Program-made: the position numbers and the translations under genes | The notes under the pieces: model-generated | The model's input: the letters and a program-made list of their open reading frames with translations, nothing else | Told to the model about the DNA's origin: nothing | The model's database searches: none | Shown here: one piece after another, positions 26,701 through 38,783 of the stretch | How the letters are laid out: each line of letters begins with the position of its first letter | Position numbering within the stretch: position 1 is the first letter of the stretch | Assembly (NCBI GenBank): GCA_040437565.1 | Contig: JBDOQK010000001.1 | Span: 1-64,000 of the forward strand | DNA length: 64,000 nt | Origin: Albugo candida | Taxonomy: Eukaryota | Reading direction: 5' to 3'

Positions 26701-28059
26701 GTGGGAGGGTTAAAAGAGATTATAGAGTGATGAGATACGCATGTACTCTTACCGATCCCAGGTTACAAAGATCGCTGTCCATCTCATCAATGTGACTCTA
26801 TCCAACATCAGCGCTAAGGTGTAATTGAAGCAACAATTAGACTGTGGCCCTGACACAAACGAGTTCTTCATACAAGCCTTGCGAGTCTTTTTTTTCAAAT
26901 TGAAAGAAAAAGGCGGACGTTTCAGCCTACATAATAGGCACATCAATCAACGGATATGCATTAGTATTAAAGTGTTCAGCTTCGGTACGTTCAGCGAGAA
27001 GATTTAATAACACAGTCGTGTCTAGAAGGAGCCCTTTATTTCCTGTCTTATTTATACCATCTTATATTAGGACAAAGTTCAAAAGAATTGTTCAAAACTC
27101 AAGGTATAAATTTATCAAATGTGCTAGAGTTGCGCTTCCATCCCAAACGACCGATAAAAACTACAGCTTCAAATATACCCAATATAAGGAAGAAGAAAAG
27201 TACGTAGATGAAGCTGCTTGTGTGCAATCATTTTGTGAGAAACCCGCGATACAAAATCGACAATTGTGGGAACACGCAACAAAAGTACAAGCCCCAAGAA
27301 AATAATTTGATCCAAGCTTAGTGATAAAGAACCAACTGAGAATTGAAGCGTGATGAGAGAGCTATAAGTTACCTAAATTTATACCATTTAGGCCGCCATA
27401 TGTGATACCATCATACACGGGGAACCGCACCTGGATAGCGCCACCTCTAACAAAACCCAACGCCAAACAAGTAACTTGCCTGACACGTCAGACGCATTGC
27501 CTTCACGTGCGATGATGTTTACTATTTAGTAAAATGTCTAGTTCCAAGTCGTTTTATATAACCAGCGTTAACGTTTGGGTCATATACGTATGATCACATT
27601 GACTCAAGCAAGAAGTGCTTCCAGATGCACCTATCTTGATGCCCATAACGAGTCAGCGATTCCCGCGATATTTCCAAGCTCCAAGATCGCTTTTGCCCCT
27701 GAAGTACTGAGAGCGGAGACTTGAGGGCATTTTGAAAGCCGTGATACTAGAAGAGGTTCACGAGGTATGTTTATTTATAGACGCAGTAAACTGCACACCA
27801 GGGAGACATGAGGTGGAATGTTGACAGACTTTGTGTAAACGTTCTTCTTTTACTCGTTGACTTTAACCAGCCAGACCTACTTTCACCATCTTTCGCAGAA
27901 TATTTGGTCAATTGAATCACGTCAATATGGTTCGACGCCACAAAAAGCTAGGCTCTTCCCAATAATTAGGATCCATGTAGGTTCAAGGTGTATTCTCAAG
28001 GACTATGAGCCTGGTCTTTCAAAAACGTGACTCAATCCAGCTGCGATTGCAATAAACCG

Positions 28060-28480
28060 ATCGTATACATTACGCTTTGCTTGTACAATGTCTATGTGGT
28101 ACCTAATTTTCTATTCAATTCTGGCACATGGGGTTTTACAGATCGCGACATCAGTAACCTTGAGGCGTATCATCGCCACCATGTCCGCCGCATCCTCCGT
28201 ATTCAGTATTCCCAGCACATCAGAGGCACGGATCTCTACAAGCGGTACAACATAAAACCGCCCCGATCCACTTCAAAAAGTCTCGATGGAAGCTATTCTG
28301 GCACATTATCCGCCATCCCAGCCGACTGATTACTTAAACATGCTTCAATTGCCCTCTTATCGAAATCGTACATTCAACTGCCTCCCAGCCATTCCTCACG
28401 AGAACCTACGTCTTGCAGAACTTCTTATCGTCGTCTCCACAATACAAAAGGTCTATACGCCATTACAATTATCGCACAAG
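28060..28480 (+). mobile_element. RTE-like non-LTR retrotransposon RT C-terminal remnant
   Basis: LYNVYVVPNFLFNSGTWGFT...LEAYHRHHVRRILRIQY..I...LY, then SRWKLFWHIIR in another frame. This matches the typical 'LLY..ETW..LE.FH...LRRIL.I.W...RW..FGHI.R' RTE tail. Confidence 0.75.
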
Positions 28481-31400
28481 GCCGCACCAGATGGACATTT
28501 CTCACCCATTGGATCTACTCTATCCATTAATCAATTGACCGGAAATAAAGAAACAGTCAGGGGTAAGCGAATGCTAGGGTCCCATAATACGAACTCGACA
28601 GAGCCGTGGAAACGCTCTTAAGTGTAATACAAATACGTCCTTCTTGGTGCGAACCGTCATTTCCAGAAACAAAAAGATCGCTAAGTAGAGATTTTGATTC
28701 ACATCAATCCTTTCAAGAGAACGTAGATTCTAATCATTCCATTTCTCACCACATCTGATTTTTTATTGCTACGCGAGGCTAAAAAGATATCAATTATTGA
28801 TGTACTCTATAGAATATTTCTCAAATGAAGCCAAAATAGGGTGATATTTGCACTTACTCTAACGCTATGAATATTGGGGTATTTAAAGACATGCCGAAAC
28901 GAATCTGTCGTCGAGGTGAACGAATTTCCAACACTGGCTATCTTTACGCAAATGAAAAAACAATTTATAGAAAAGACGATAAGAATTCAAGCACTGTCGA
29001 AAGGTGTCATGGACGGTTCACGTTTCATGGATTTCCTAACGACAGTTTTCAGGATTTTATGCACTTTCCGTTAGAGCTGATTCCTGCGCAGTAGGTTTGT
29101 AACGACTTCAAACAGTAAACGAACCTGCCAAACAAGGGGGTTCATAATACAGAAGAGGAAGGAGGAAGAGGAAGATAAAAAGCATGCAAAATATCCGCGC
29201 TTCTACATTTGCCAATATTTCGTCAGGAATCCTCTTGTCTACACATTTGACATCTAACAGGGACTGCTGACAATAAAATGCTCAATTGCGTTGACTGATG
29301 CAAAAAGTTAAAGTGGTAGAGTGACCAATATCAGACGCGGTCATTCACTGGTTTGGCTCAAAACAATAGCTACGGGCACGAGAGCTGATAATGTAATTTG
29401 TTAGCTAATTGTTTGACTATCCAAATTCCCTGCAGTCCGCTTTGGAAATTATTTCCATTAAACTTCAAAGATAGCTAGTCGGAAGACATCCGGCCGATTC
29501 TTGGGGCTTCACACCATTCATCTTCCTTCTTAATGTTCCATTCTGACTGAACTTCCTGATGCAGATGATTTACTTAGTGCTAAAAATCACCTCCTACAAA
29601 GTCGCTAGATTTTTATCAAGAAAGTTTCTAGCTTCTAGCCATGTTTCGTGTACATTTCAATTATGACGCTGTTAATGATTAATACAACGTCTATTGAATT
29701 TTACTTAGTACAAACAGAGTGATAGCATACTGCAATGCGTCAAGATGAATAAGGCATTCCCACACACGCGTGGGATAAGTTATTTCAGGGAAACTTTACC
29801 TTCCTTCAATTGTACATTCGTATAATGGATCGCAAAAATTTGACATATCAGAGCTTTGCCTGCCCACCGAAGCAAAATCATCGCAATCATCTTATCATGA
29901 TGCATCCTTACTTCTTATGCCATCGACATAGCTGTATTGGAGCTGACTTATTGGTATTTGAATTGGCAACAACGTGGTACATTTATAGGACTCCGTTAAA
30001 CCATCTGAATAAATCATATCAAGAAAGAAAGATGGATAAAAGTAAGTTTGGATGAGTATGACAATGTTAGCACCAGTGTGTCTGCGAAAAATGGAGTCGT
30101 TCATTTACGAGAGTAGATACATCGAGCGCATTCAGCAACAAAGCTGCGATATCAATCAAGGGTGTGACTATTGCAACAGACAAAACACCGCTTATTGGCT
30201 AATTTGTGTAAAGTAGCATGATTGACTACTTTGTGTGACTCATCGATCGTTTTCACTATTTCTACACACGATTCACTAGTGCCACAGACAAAACGAATCT
30301 GATTGACTAGTTTGTGTAAACCAACATGATTCATCGAAAGGGTGACTATATTACGACTGCGTCTACCTAAGATACATAATATAAATTCTAATTCGATTTT
30401 ATTCTTGCAATTCGTAGGGTCCGAGCGGTGTCATGCTTCCCCACAAGCTCTGCATAAACGTTTTTTGGTTTTTTTCTTGGTTTCCACATACTCAAACCCA
30501 GGTAACTTGCGTCGCGTCGATCCATTTTTCTGGTGCGGCCTCTGTTTGGGGCACGCAATTACTGGCTCATGCAAAGATTTTGGAATTTGTTGCGAAAGTG
30601 TCTGAAGTTCGTCGATTGTCGTATGCTGGTGATGGTCTGGCAAAGCTCCAAAGCAGGTGGCCACTAAATTAAGCAATAACGGGAGACTTTTCGCTGGCTG
30701 CAACATAAAGGGACTTAGTTGGTGGGGCTTAGCCAAGTGCCAATGCGGATGGATGTCGCTCATTTGCAAGTTTTGCTTTTGTCGCAGGTACTGACGCAGG
30801 TATTGACGCAGGTATTGCTTCCAGGGAAGACCCCAGACGGTGCGAAACACTCCAGAGCATAAGTCTCCGTCGTTTCTTTGTGGCTGATGGACAACTTTTA
30901 ACTATTCGTGGATTTTATTCCGTGCAAAATGCGAAATTTTCAAATTAATATCCAGAAAGTCATTCCTGGAGGCCTTGGCTGTGCATAGTTGCAAATTCTC
31001 ATCTGTTGACGCTGTCGGGACACATCGTACTCTGCAAGTTTAATTTCAACAGCTAGCTATAATTTTTCACAATACGAAAGAAGGTGGTTCAAGCTAGTTG
31101 GCTTGTCTTGCTTGAGCATGCGGTGGGCATTTTCACCGCGCGAGGTTGCAGTATGACCGAAATGCGTTACACGGTCAGTTCAAGTAGCAACAAACATTTA
31201 TTTATATAAAATCCATGTTTCGACAATATACTTGATGATTGCACTGTCTGCACGCAATCTGAAACGTTGCCATAGTTCTTCGACGGAGCCTTCAGTTTCT
31301 GCGTACATGATTGCCCTCCAATCCTTCATGAACGCTATTCATTCTTCTTCTCTTGGAATAGATGCTTTGCATTTTTTTACTATGTTTTTCAATATGCCAT

Positions 31401-32020
31401 ACGCATAAGAGAATTTGGGATGCAGGAATGTGTTCTTGAATTCCTGGAAGTAGTGCCATCTCGCGATCAACGACAAAGGCTTTCGGGAGAAATCCGTCCC
31501 TAAAGATCCATCGAAAGAATTTTATTGCTGAAGAGTGTGAGGATTGACTCTCGTTCGTCATGAAAAAAATGCGACGGAAATTGTTTTATACATCGACGAG
31601 CACCCAACGAGATGCAACAACGGAAGCTTCAAAGCATTTTTCTTAAATGTGGCATCCACCAGAAAAATGTCATTGTGGCTCCGACCCATCTCGGTAGATG
31701 TTGGATGGGTAAAGTACAGGTGGGAATTTTTCCGTCATCAGTGTTCACTATTGTTTCAACATCAAATTGCAATATGCGAAATTTCTGTGAAAGGGCATCC
31801 ATCGATGTACAGCCATTCAATGTTCAATGAATTGCAGCTTGGGGGACGTTATCCAGTTTCGTTTTAGGCAAAACAAGTCCATGATCATTCCGCAAACATT
31901 CTTAAATGTTTCTCGTTGAAACCCCATCATCATACAATCCAACTATTGTCTATTCCATTTCTGTATCGAGTCTGAGGTGGATAGGATGAGCGCTTGTGGA
32001 GGTGGACGGCATATGATTAT

Positions 32021-32170
32021 TGTTGGCAGGTGAGCGAAGATGGTTGCTTTGGGAAATTTGCCAAAAATACTGAGGTTTTATGTTAATAAAAAATAAAATC
32101 GTAGCCAAAGGTAAGACTAAGTACCAAGTGCGACTAGAAACCTAAAGGACATTCTTACGTTCTTTCAACA
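32021..32170 (-). repeat. 3' LTR (150 bp) of the Copia element
   Basis: Direct repeat of 36399-36548 with TG...CA termini. Confidence 0.92.
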
Positions 32171-35100
32171 CTCCTTCTTTTCTGGTTGCACTTGAAATTT
32201 TGCCATCTTCAACTTGCATCGTTCGATCCCGTAACTGCCATAAGTCTCTTAGCTGAAGAAATCTTGGTGTCGGAAACGCCTTTGCCTGCAAGTCGGCCAT
32301 CATCTTCGATGTATGCACGTACCTAGGTGCGATAATCTGTTTGACCATGTAAGATCTGATGAATTTTAGTCGGACGTCGATATGTTTAGCCTTGATTGAA
32401 GTAGCTTCGCTGAGAAACTGACTGATAGCCGCCTTATTATCCATCCACAAGATCATTGCCTCCTTCACTTTGAAGTTCAACTCTTTGAATAACTCCCTTG
32501 CTCCAAGTATTTCCTGCGGTGCCTTCGATGCTGCTACGAACTCCGCTTCCATCGTCGATACTGCCACTGAATGCTGCTTCTTGCATGACCAGCTGATCGG
32601 CATTCCATTCAAAACGAATGCTGTACCAGATGTGCTCTTTCTCGTTTCATCATCCACCGCATAATCAGCATCTGAAAACGCTTATAGGATGCCTTCTCTG
32701 GGATTGGTGCATACTTCACCACCAAGATAGAGCTTTAGAAGTTTCGTACCCTTGAGATACTTCACCCCTCTGACACCTAACGCCCAATCGGCTTTTGTTG
32801 GTGCATGAGTACGTCTCATCAGCTTGTGTATAGCGAAACTGATGTCTGGACGGGTGCAACGTGCAAACCATAAAAGGCTTCCCGCCAAAGACAAAAACTT
32901 CTTGATCGTTAGCTTCTTGACTGAACGCATCTCCAAGAGGTCCGAATTCGATGTTGTGCTATCGCTGTAGCCATGAACGATAGGCGTGAGAACCGGATGC
33001 GCTTCATCCATTTCCATTTTCGTTATCAAATCACATATGGACGGTTCCTGATCCAAAGAGTAACCATCTTCTTCGCTGTACTGAACTCGCATTCCCAGGA
33101 ACTTGCTGACGGGTCCGAGATTATTGATTAAAAGACTTGAAAGACTGTCAAATCTCGACTCGATTGTCGAAAGACTTGTCCCCGTTATCAGTATATCATC
33201 GACATATACCCCCAAAACCGTAATTCCACTTGTGTCATGGTCGTAATATAAACATGCGTCTGTGAGACTTTGTTTAGAACCGGCATTGCTTAGCTTTTCG
33301 TGCAAAAGGTGACTCCATAGCCTTCATGCTTGCTTCAACCCATATAGAATCTTTTGTAATCGTAGTACCACTTGATCACGACTCGTAACACCGAGTTCAT
33401 CCATCTTGGAAACCGATATTTGCACTCCTTGAGGCACGTGCAAATACAAGTCCAAGTTCTTTTGTGCTGGTGCCTTCACGTACGCATTAGGTACGTCATC
33501 ATGCCTCGCTGGTATTTCCCAGATCCTTGCTAACGCTAGTATGAGCTTTGCTGTCCCTAAATCCATGACTGCTGCAAATGTCATGTCGTAGTTGACTCCG
33601 AATACTTGTTTTTGCCCGCAAGCAACCATTTTAGCCTTGAACCGTTCCAGATTCCCGTTTGCGCCCGTTTTTCGCTTGAATACCCACTTGGTATGTAAGG
33701 CTTTAATCTCTTTTGTTCTTGGTACAATGGTCCGTGTTCGGTTTTCCTCTAATGAGGCTAGTTCTGCGTCTGCAGCCTCCTTCCATTCGACATGATTTAC
33801 TGACTTCATTGCTTGGTTGTGCGTCTTCGGATCCGGCTCAATAAGCACTGAAACGATGTCTCGAGCTCAACCTTTGCCTCCTTGGTTTCTGGTAACCATC
33901 TTGTTTCTTGGATCCTTCTTGTTGAGATTCATTCGTGTGCTTGTAGCAGTTGTGATTGAATCCTTTTTAACGTTGGTATCCTCATGAGCTTTCACGTCTG
34001 CATCTGTCAAATCCTGTTGAGGTCCCTTGGAATTTCCATTTCCATTTTCTCGTTCCAACGCTGACTCCACATTTGAAATGTCTTGACTAATAATGACAGT
34101 CTTTGATTTGGGTAAATCCACTTAGTACGCTTTGGTTTCATCGCAATTTCCGATGACAATTTCTCGGTCACTTCGCTTTGGGAGAGACTTTTTTCCAATT
34201 CGAAGTCGAACCGAACAAGGTGAGCCGAATGTTACCACATCAACTAGACTTGTATCCTTCCCGGTCAACACTTTCAAAGGGGTTGTCTTCCTTCGTTCGC
34301 TCTGTTTGGGCTTCTATTAAGGATATACGTCGCATATTCGGCGGCATCTCCCTAAAGTTATAGAGCCATGGAGCTTCCAAATATCGTAGACCGCACTAGA
34401 TTCATGAGTGTTCTATGCATTAGTTTAGATTTCCCATTCGACGCTTGATTTTCGGCCTCACTGATTTGTCTTCGTACTCCCTCTCCTTTATTCTGCGCCA
34501 CCATCAGTTCGTAGAACATAAATCGTGTAATCAAATCGCTTCTCGAAGTAAATTAGGAAATCTTGGACCTTCATAGCTGCGTCACTCTTCGTCTTGGCCA
34601 AGAATACCCGACAATAGCTCGATTTGTAGTCGATCAAATTGAACAAGTATCGATTTCCACGTCGGTCTAGAGGCGTGATCGTACCCTTCAGATCACTGCA
34701 TATGACTCCACCAATTCGTTCGGTTGGTGAGTTTATACCGGTATCTTTTGGAGACTGTTTGTTCTTTGTTTGCTTGCTTTCCGGGCAAGTAACGCATTTC
34801 AATCGCCGATGGTCATCAATTTCGATCGCCGAATCCGGAAGCTTTGCTATACGCTCAATAGTGTCGTAATTTAGATGACCAAATCGTTGATGGAATTGTA
34901 GAACACTTCCCATCTGTTTGTTTGTTTTGTCCACGGAATCAATTGAGGGAGTATATCCATAACACTTGATACGCGTTCTCGACCTTCTGTCTCAATCACG
35001 AGAACGTTCTTAACCATATTTACTTCGAACACGATCGCACCATCAGAAGTACGTTGAAAAGCTCTCGATCCATCTGGTTGATACATCAACTTGCATCCTT

Positions 35101-36398
35101 TTGCCTCCAACTTTCCATACGAGACAATGTTCCAAGGGAGTTGTTCCGAATGTTGCACATCGTTCAAGAAAACATTCCTTGTTGACTGTTGCGATAATCT
35201 TCGCCGATCCTGTCCATCTCATCTTCATTTCCTTCCTTCCCATTTGGAAGTATGCATGATTCGTTGCATTCCTTTCGATGTTGTAAAATGCTTATATCGG
35301 TTACAAGATGCCTGCTGGATCCGCTGTCTAGAATCCATAATGTATTCGTTTGTTCCAGCGCAGTACTTTTGCATACAATCCCTAAACGATGTCTTCATTG
35401 CTGATGGAGCTCTGATTCCGGCAATCCTTTTTGATATGTCCACTTTTCCCGCAATTGTAGCAGTTCATTCGCCTCTTCGGCTTCGATTCTTTTATCGCAC
35501 CGATTCGGTCGCGAGCCCATTTCTTTGGCTCTCTTGGTGCATCACTGATGTCTGAATCCATAAGCTGGGCAAATTGACATAATTCCTCGGCTTGCCGTCT
35601 GGTTTCTTCTCTCATTGCATTGACACGGGCCATCAGAGCTTGTTTGAAATCAGGTTTTGCGTACTTGATTATCATCTGCTCCACCGACTACTTCACTGAC
35701 TGCCGAAAGAAATAAAAAATACTCACTCCAAGAACGTCCAGTCGGTTTTTTTGCCGTGAAAAGGCGTGTTGCCTGCGTCTTGGTGATGTTGGGCCGGAAT
35801 ATTCCGTTGGTCCGGTCCATCGCTTCTTCAACCCTTGAGCACTGAGTCATCCATTGAGGGACTTATGCTCGTAAGAAGTGAGCGCTTTTTTCGCTCAGAT
35901 GCCGTCCTCGGCAGTCCAGCTTCAACTCCTCACTCCAAATTCCGCCGGATGCTTTCTGGGCGTGCTATAGTTACCGCAAGAAACGAAAAAACCATTGGGT
36001 AAACGTCGCTCCAAGTCCCGAGTATGTTCTTTCCCGTCGAATGGCTGAATGGCGAGCTTCATATCCCTTGCTGCTGGGAATCTCACTCGATTTAGCCCGT
36101 CAGCGCATTATGTAGCATGGCATGGACAAACATCCTCCTCATCCCGCTTCCACGATGCTGCATCGGTTTCGCATCAAGGGATGACATTGAAAAAAACTGT
36201 CCTTGGTTGCTTGGTTCAGCAAATACGTTTCCCGTTCGCACGGGTGGTGGTGGCACGGGCGAGCTGACGCTTCGCTCGGTTTCGATCTTATCCAGTCGAT
36301 TTCCGAGCAGCATTATCATTCGGTCCATCTTTGACTCATCTGATCCGTGGGATTTTTCCATGTTCTTGGCTGAGGGAATCTTGGTTGGGATCGTAACC

Positions 36399-36548
36399 TG
36401 TTGGCACGTGAGCGAAGATGGTTGCGTTGGGAAAATTTGCCAAAAAACTGAGGTTTTATTTTTAGAAAAATCAAAATCCTAACCAATCGTAAGACTAAGT
36501 ACCAAGTGCGACTAGAAACCTGAAGGACATTCTTAAGTCCTTCCAACA
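36399..36548 (-). repeat. 5' LTR (150 bp) of the Copia element
   Basis: Direct repeat of 32021-32170, followed on the minus strand by the PBS-like GGTTACGATCCC. Confidence 0.92.
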
Positions 36549-37799
36549 ATTATGGTCCTCGTCAACCACAGGGAAAGTCCAGTGCAGTTCATCCTGCATG
36601 GCTTCCACGCGGAATGGACAATTAGCGAGTACTGCCGAAGTCTTTCGTGCTCTAGTATCTTCCGTTAGACCAAGCCGATTGCGTTAAGACCCTCCTCATT
36701 CCCATTTGTAATGGACTGAATAGTGCCCGTTACGCTGCTTGTAGGATTATTTTGTCACTATCCCATAGCCTTTGTGGCAGCGGATTCATTCAATGTCTTT
36801 TTATTGCTTTGCGAGAACTATATTCAACTCCAGCAAGTCCGGTTGGTGGCTGCAGCAATTTATTCTGAACAATGAAATCATACTCTTTCGTGTATTTTGC
36901 ATCCATTGTTTGCTTGAAAGCCGTCATAATTGCGCAACTCGTTGTATATTGCTGCGTGGTAGGGAAGGAAGCAAAGAAATACGAAATCGTGGAAACGTGT
37001 AAGGTATTATGTATCTATCTTACGGAGACGCAATACTATAGTCACCCTATCGATAAATTCACGGAGCCGTTGGTATTCACTCACCCTAAATCATTGGCTA
37101 AAATGTATCAGTAATCGGTACTCATCACTCACCCACACCACTCTCCATCACGCGCGGTGACGCCCTTTCAACTACACCTCGGCACAAACACACTATAAAT
37201 TAACGTCACCTTATTAACCCTGAACACTTTAGCACATACAGCACAAACTGCGCAATTTGGCTAAATAAAAAAGAGAATTAAAGCTTTCATTTCGCAAACT
37301 CAGATTCTAAATGGGACTAGAACTTGTGGAATTCAAGGAAATGGATTCCGTTATTCGGACATTAGATGAAAAACATTCAGCTACAGGACAAACAAAGTAC
37401 TAATGCATATCCTTCAGCTAATGCATGTTCAAACAGAGCATTTTTAGTTTCCTCCAATAAGGAGGGACAAGCAATCTCAGCCGGTGCAGTCAACGCGTTC
37501 ATTGTTTGAGATGAATCTATAATTCAATATCTCTGTGAGCATTCGTGATATAAGAGATTGGCTGACTGATCTAAAAAGCTGAGATTCTGATTGTTCTTCT
37601 TTTTGCGTGAAATTGAGTGGTACTGAGTTGCGTGGTAGTAGTTGTTACAAGTGAGTGAATATTGATTTCCGTCTAACATCAATTGTAGTGAATTTTAGCC
37701 AATGAAATAGAAGGGTGAGTGAATGCTAACGGCTCAGAGGTGTTTTGTCTATGACAATTGTGAAAACGTCAGTGGCAATAGGCACACGCATAAATAAAT

Positions 37800-38783
37800 G
37801 GAATTGCTGCGGACACACCCAATTTTTGCTACGGACACACCCCTAAAAAAATAAGTTAGAAACATACCCCCTACTTCGTACCGTCCATTGAGTAAATCAA
37901 GGAGTCTATCTCTCCTGTTACATCTCCGGTCTCCCAACTACTCCGTCCACCACTCCTGTTGCCATGTTCTCAGCTGCTAGCACCTTCAATCCCGAATTCA
38001 CTACCCAGCCCATTACCCCAGACCAATCCCAAGGCCAGATTGGAATGGTATTCTTTGATTAATCTACTTTCTTTCTCTGTTGTTATTCCAGAATACAACA
38101 AGCAATCCAGCTAATGAAAAAAATGTTGAGGAGAATATCAGGTACTTTGCTGCAGAGGTGAGTCTTTTCAATAAAAGGACTCTAGTTTTCAAAGTCGGTA
38201 ACTGAATCAAGGATAATGATTTCCTGCTGTGTTCTTTCATATCAAATGGACGATGTTGTTTAGCGGGAGAATTGAGACCTACGTGACGCTATACAACCGT
38301 GGCTTGACGAGAACATGTGGCTAAATAGTCCGAACATGGTGTCAGTTTTGCTTACATACACGCCTGGACCAACTGCACAAAGCAAGTGGATGGTAATTCC
38401 TGTGGCATTTTTACATCCTACTACGTTTCTGAACTGCGCAAGGGAGTGCTATTACTGGAGGTGCACCACCAGCTCATTTGTTTCGAGAAAAGATGCTGCG
38501 TAAACTTCTCGCTTGACAGAAAGCTTAGTTAGAATCAGCAAAGAGCGCAAATCAATAGAAGGCAATCGTGGCTGGATTTCTTTCTTCTCTGAAATGCCTG
38601 CCTACTAGGCTACTCTTACTCTTCTTGAAATAGGTTCACTTTTTCTTATGATGTTACTGCCACCAGCTAGAAGTGGACTTGAGAGCAGCGGACATTGCGG
38701 TACAGAAGTAGGGGGTATGTTTCTAATTTCTATTTTTAGGGGTGTATCCGTAGCAAAAATTGGGTGTGTCCGCAGCAATTTCC
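37800..38783 (+). mobile_element. Non-autonomous MULE-like TIR element (~1 kb) with Ulp1-like peptidase remnant
   Basis: About 85-bp inverted repeats at 37800-37883 and 38698-38783 (GGAATTGCTGCGGACACACCC...). Flanks TAAATAAAT and TTAATAAAA form an imperfect 9-bp TSD. Internal KQVDGNSCGIF motif. Confidence 0.8.

Larger units (their letters stand above)
32021..36548 (-). mobile_element. Full-length but degenerate Ty1/Copia LTR retrotransposon with both LTRs and a 5-bp TSD
   Basis: Gag with CYNCGKSGHIKKDC knuckle, protease-region MDS, integrase (HQRFGHLN, VLRTDGGAE), RT (LHTKWVFKRK, LYGLKQA, YVDDILI) and RNase H (RKSTSG, AKHIDVRL). LTRs are TGTTG...CAACA. TSD ATTAT at 32016-32020 and 36549-36553. 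Polypurine tract adjoins the 3' LTR. Confidence 0.95.
30150..37058 (-). mobile_element. Mutator-like (MULE) DNA transposon, degenerate, interrupted by a Copia insertion
   Basis: N-terminal FAR1/WRKY-GCM1-like ...RKTSAVLANCPF...W...HN at 36800-36549. DDE core DATFKKNALKLPLLHLVG...VVDREMALL...LLCVWHIEK at 31700-31380. GLPW...IHPHWHL and CRACGEA zinc-knuckle-like C-terminus. Imperfect inverted repeats at 30329-30381 and 37005-37058. Outer boundaries approximate. Confidence 0.85.

Noticed and set aside
30150-30350. Short repeats separated by spacers, superficially CRISPR-like
   Set aside because: Only two degenerate copies, lying at the MULE terminus in a eukaryotic context. Best explained as subterminal repeats.
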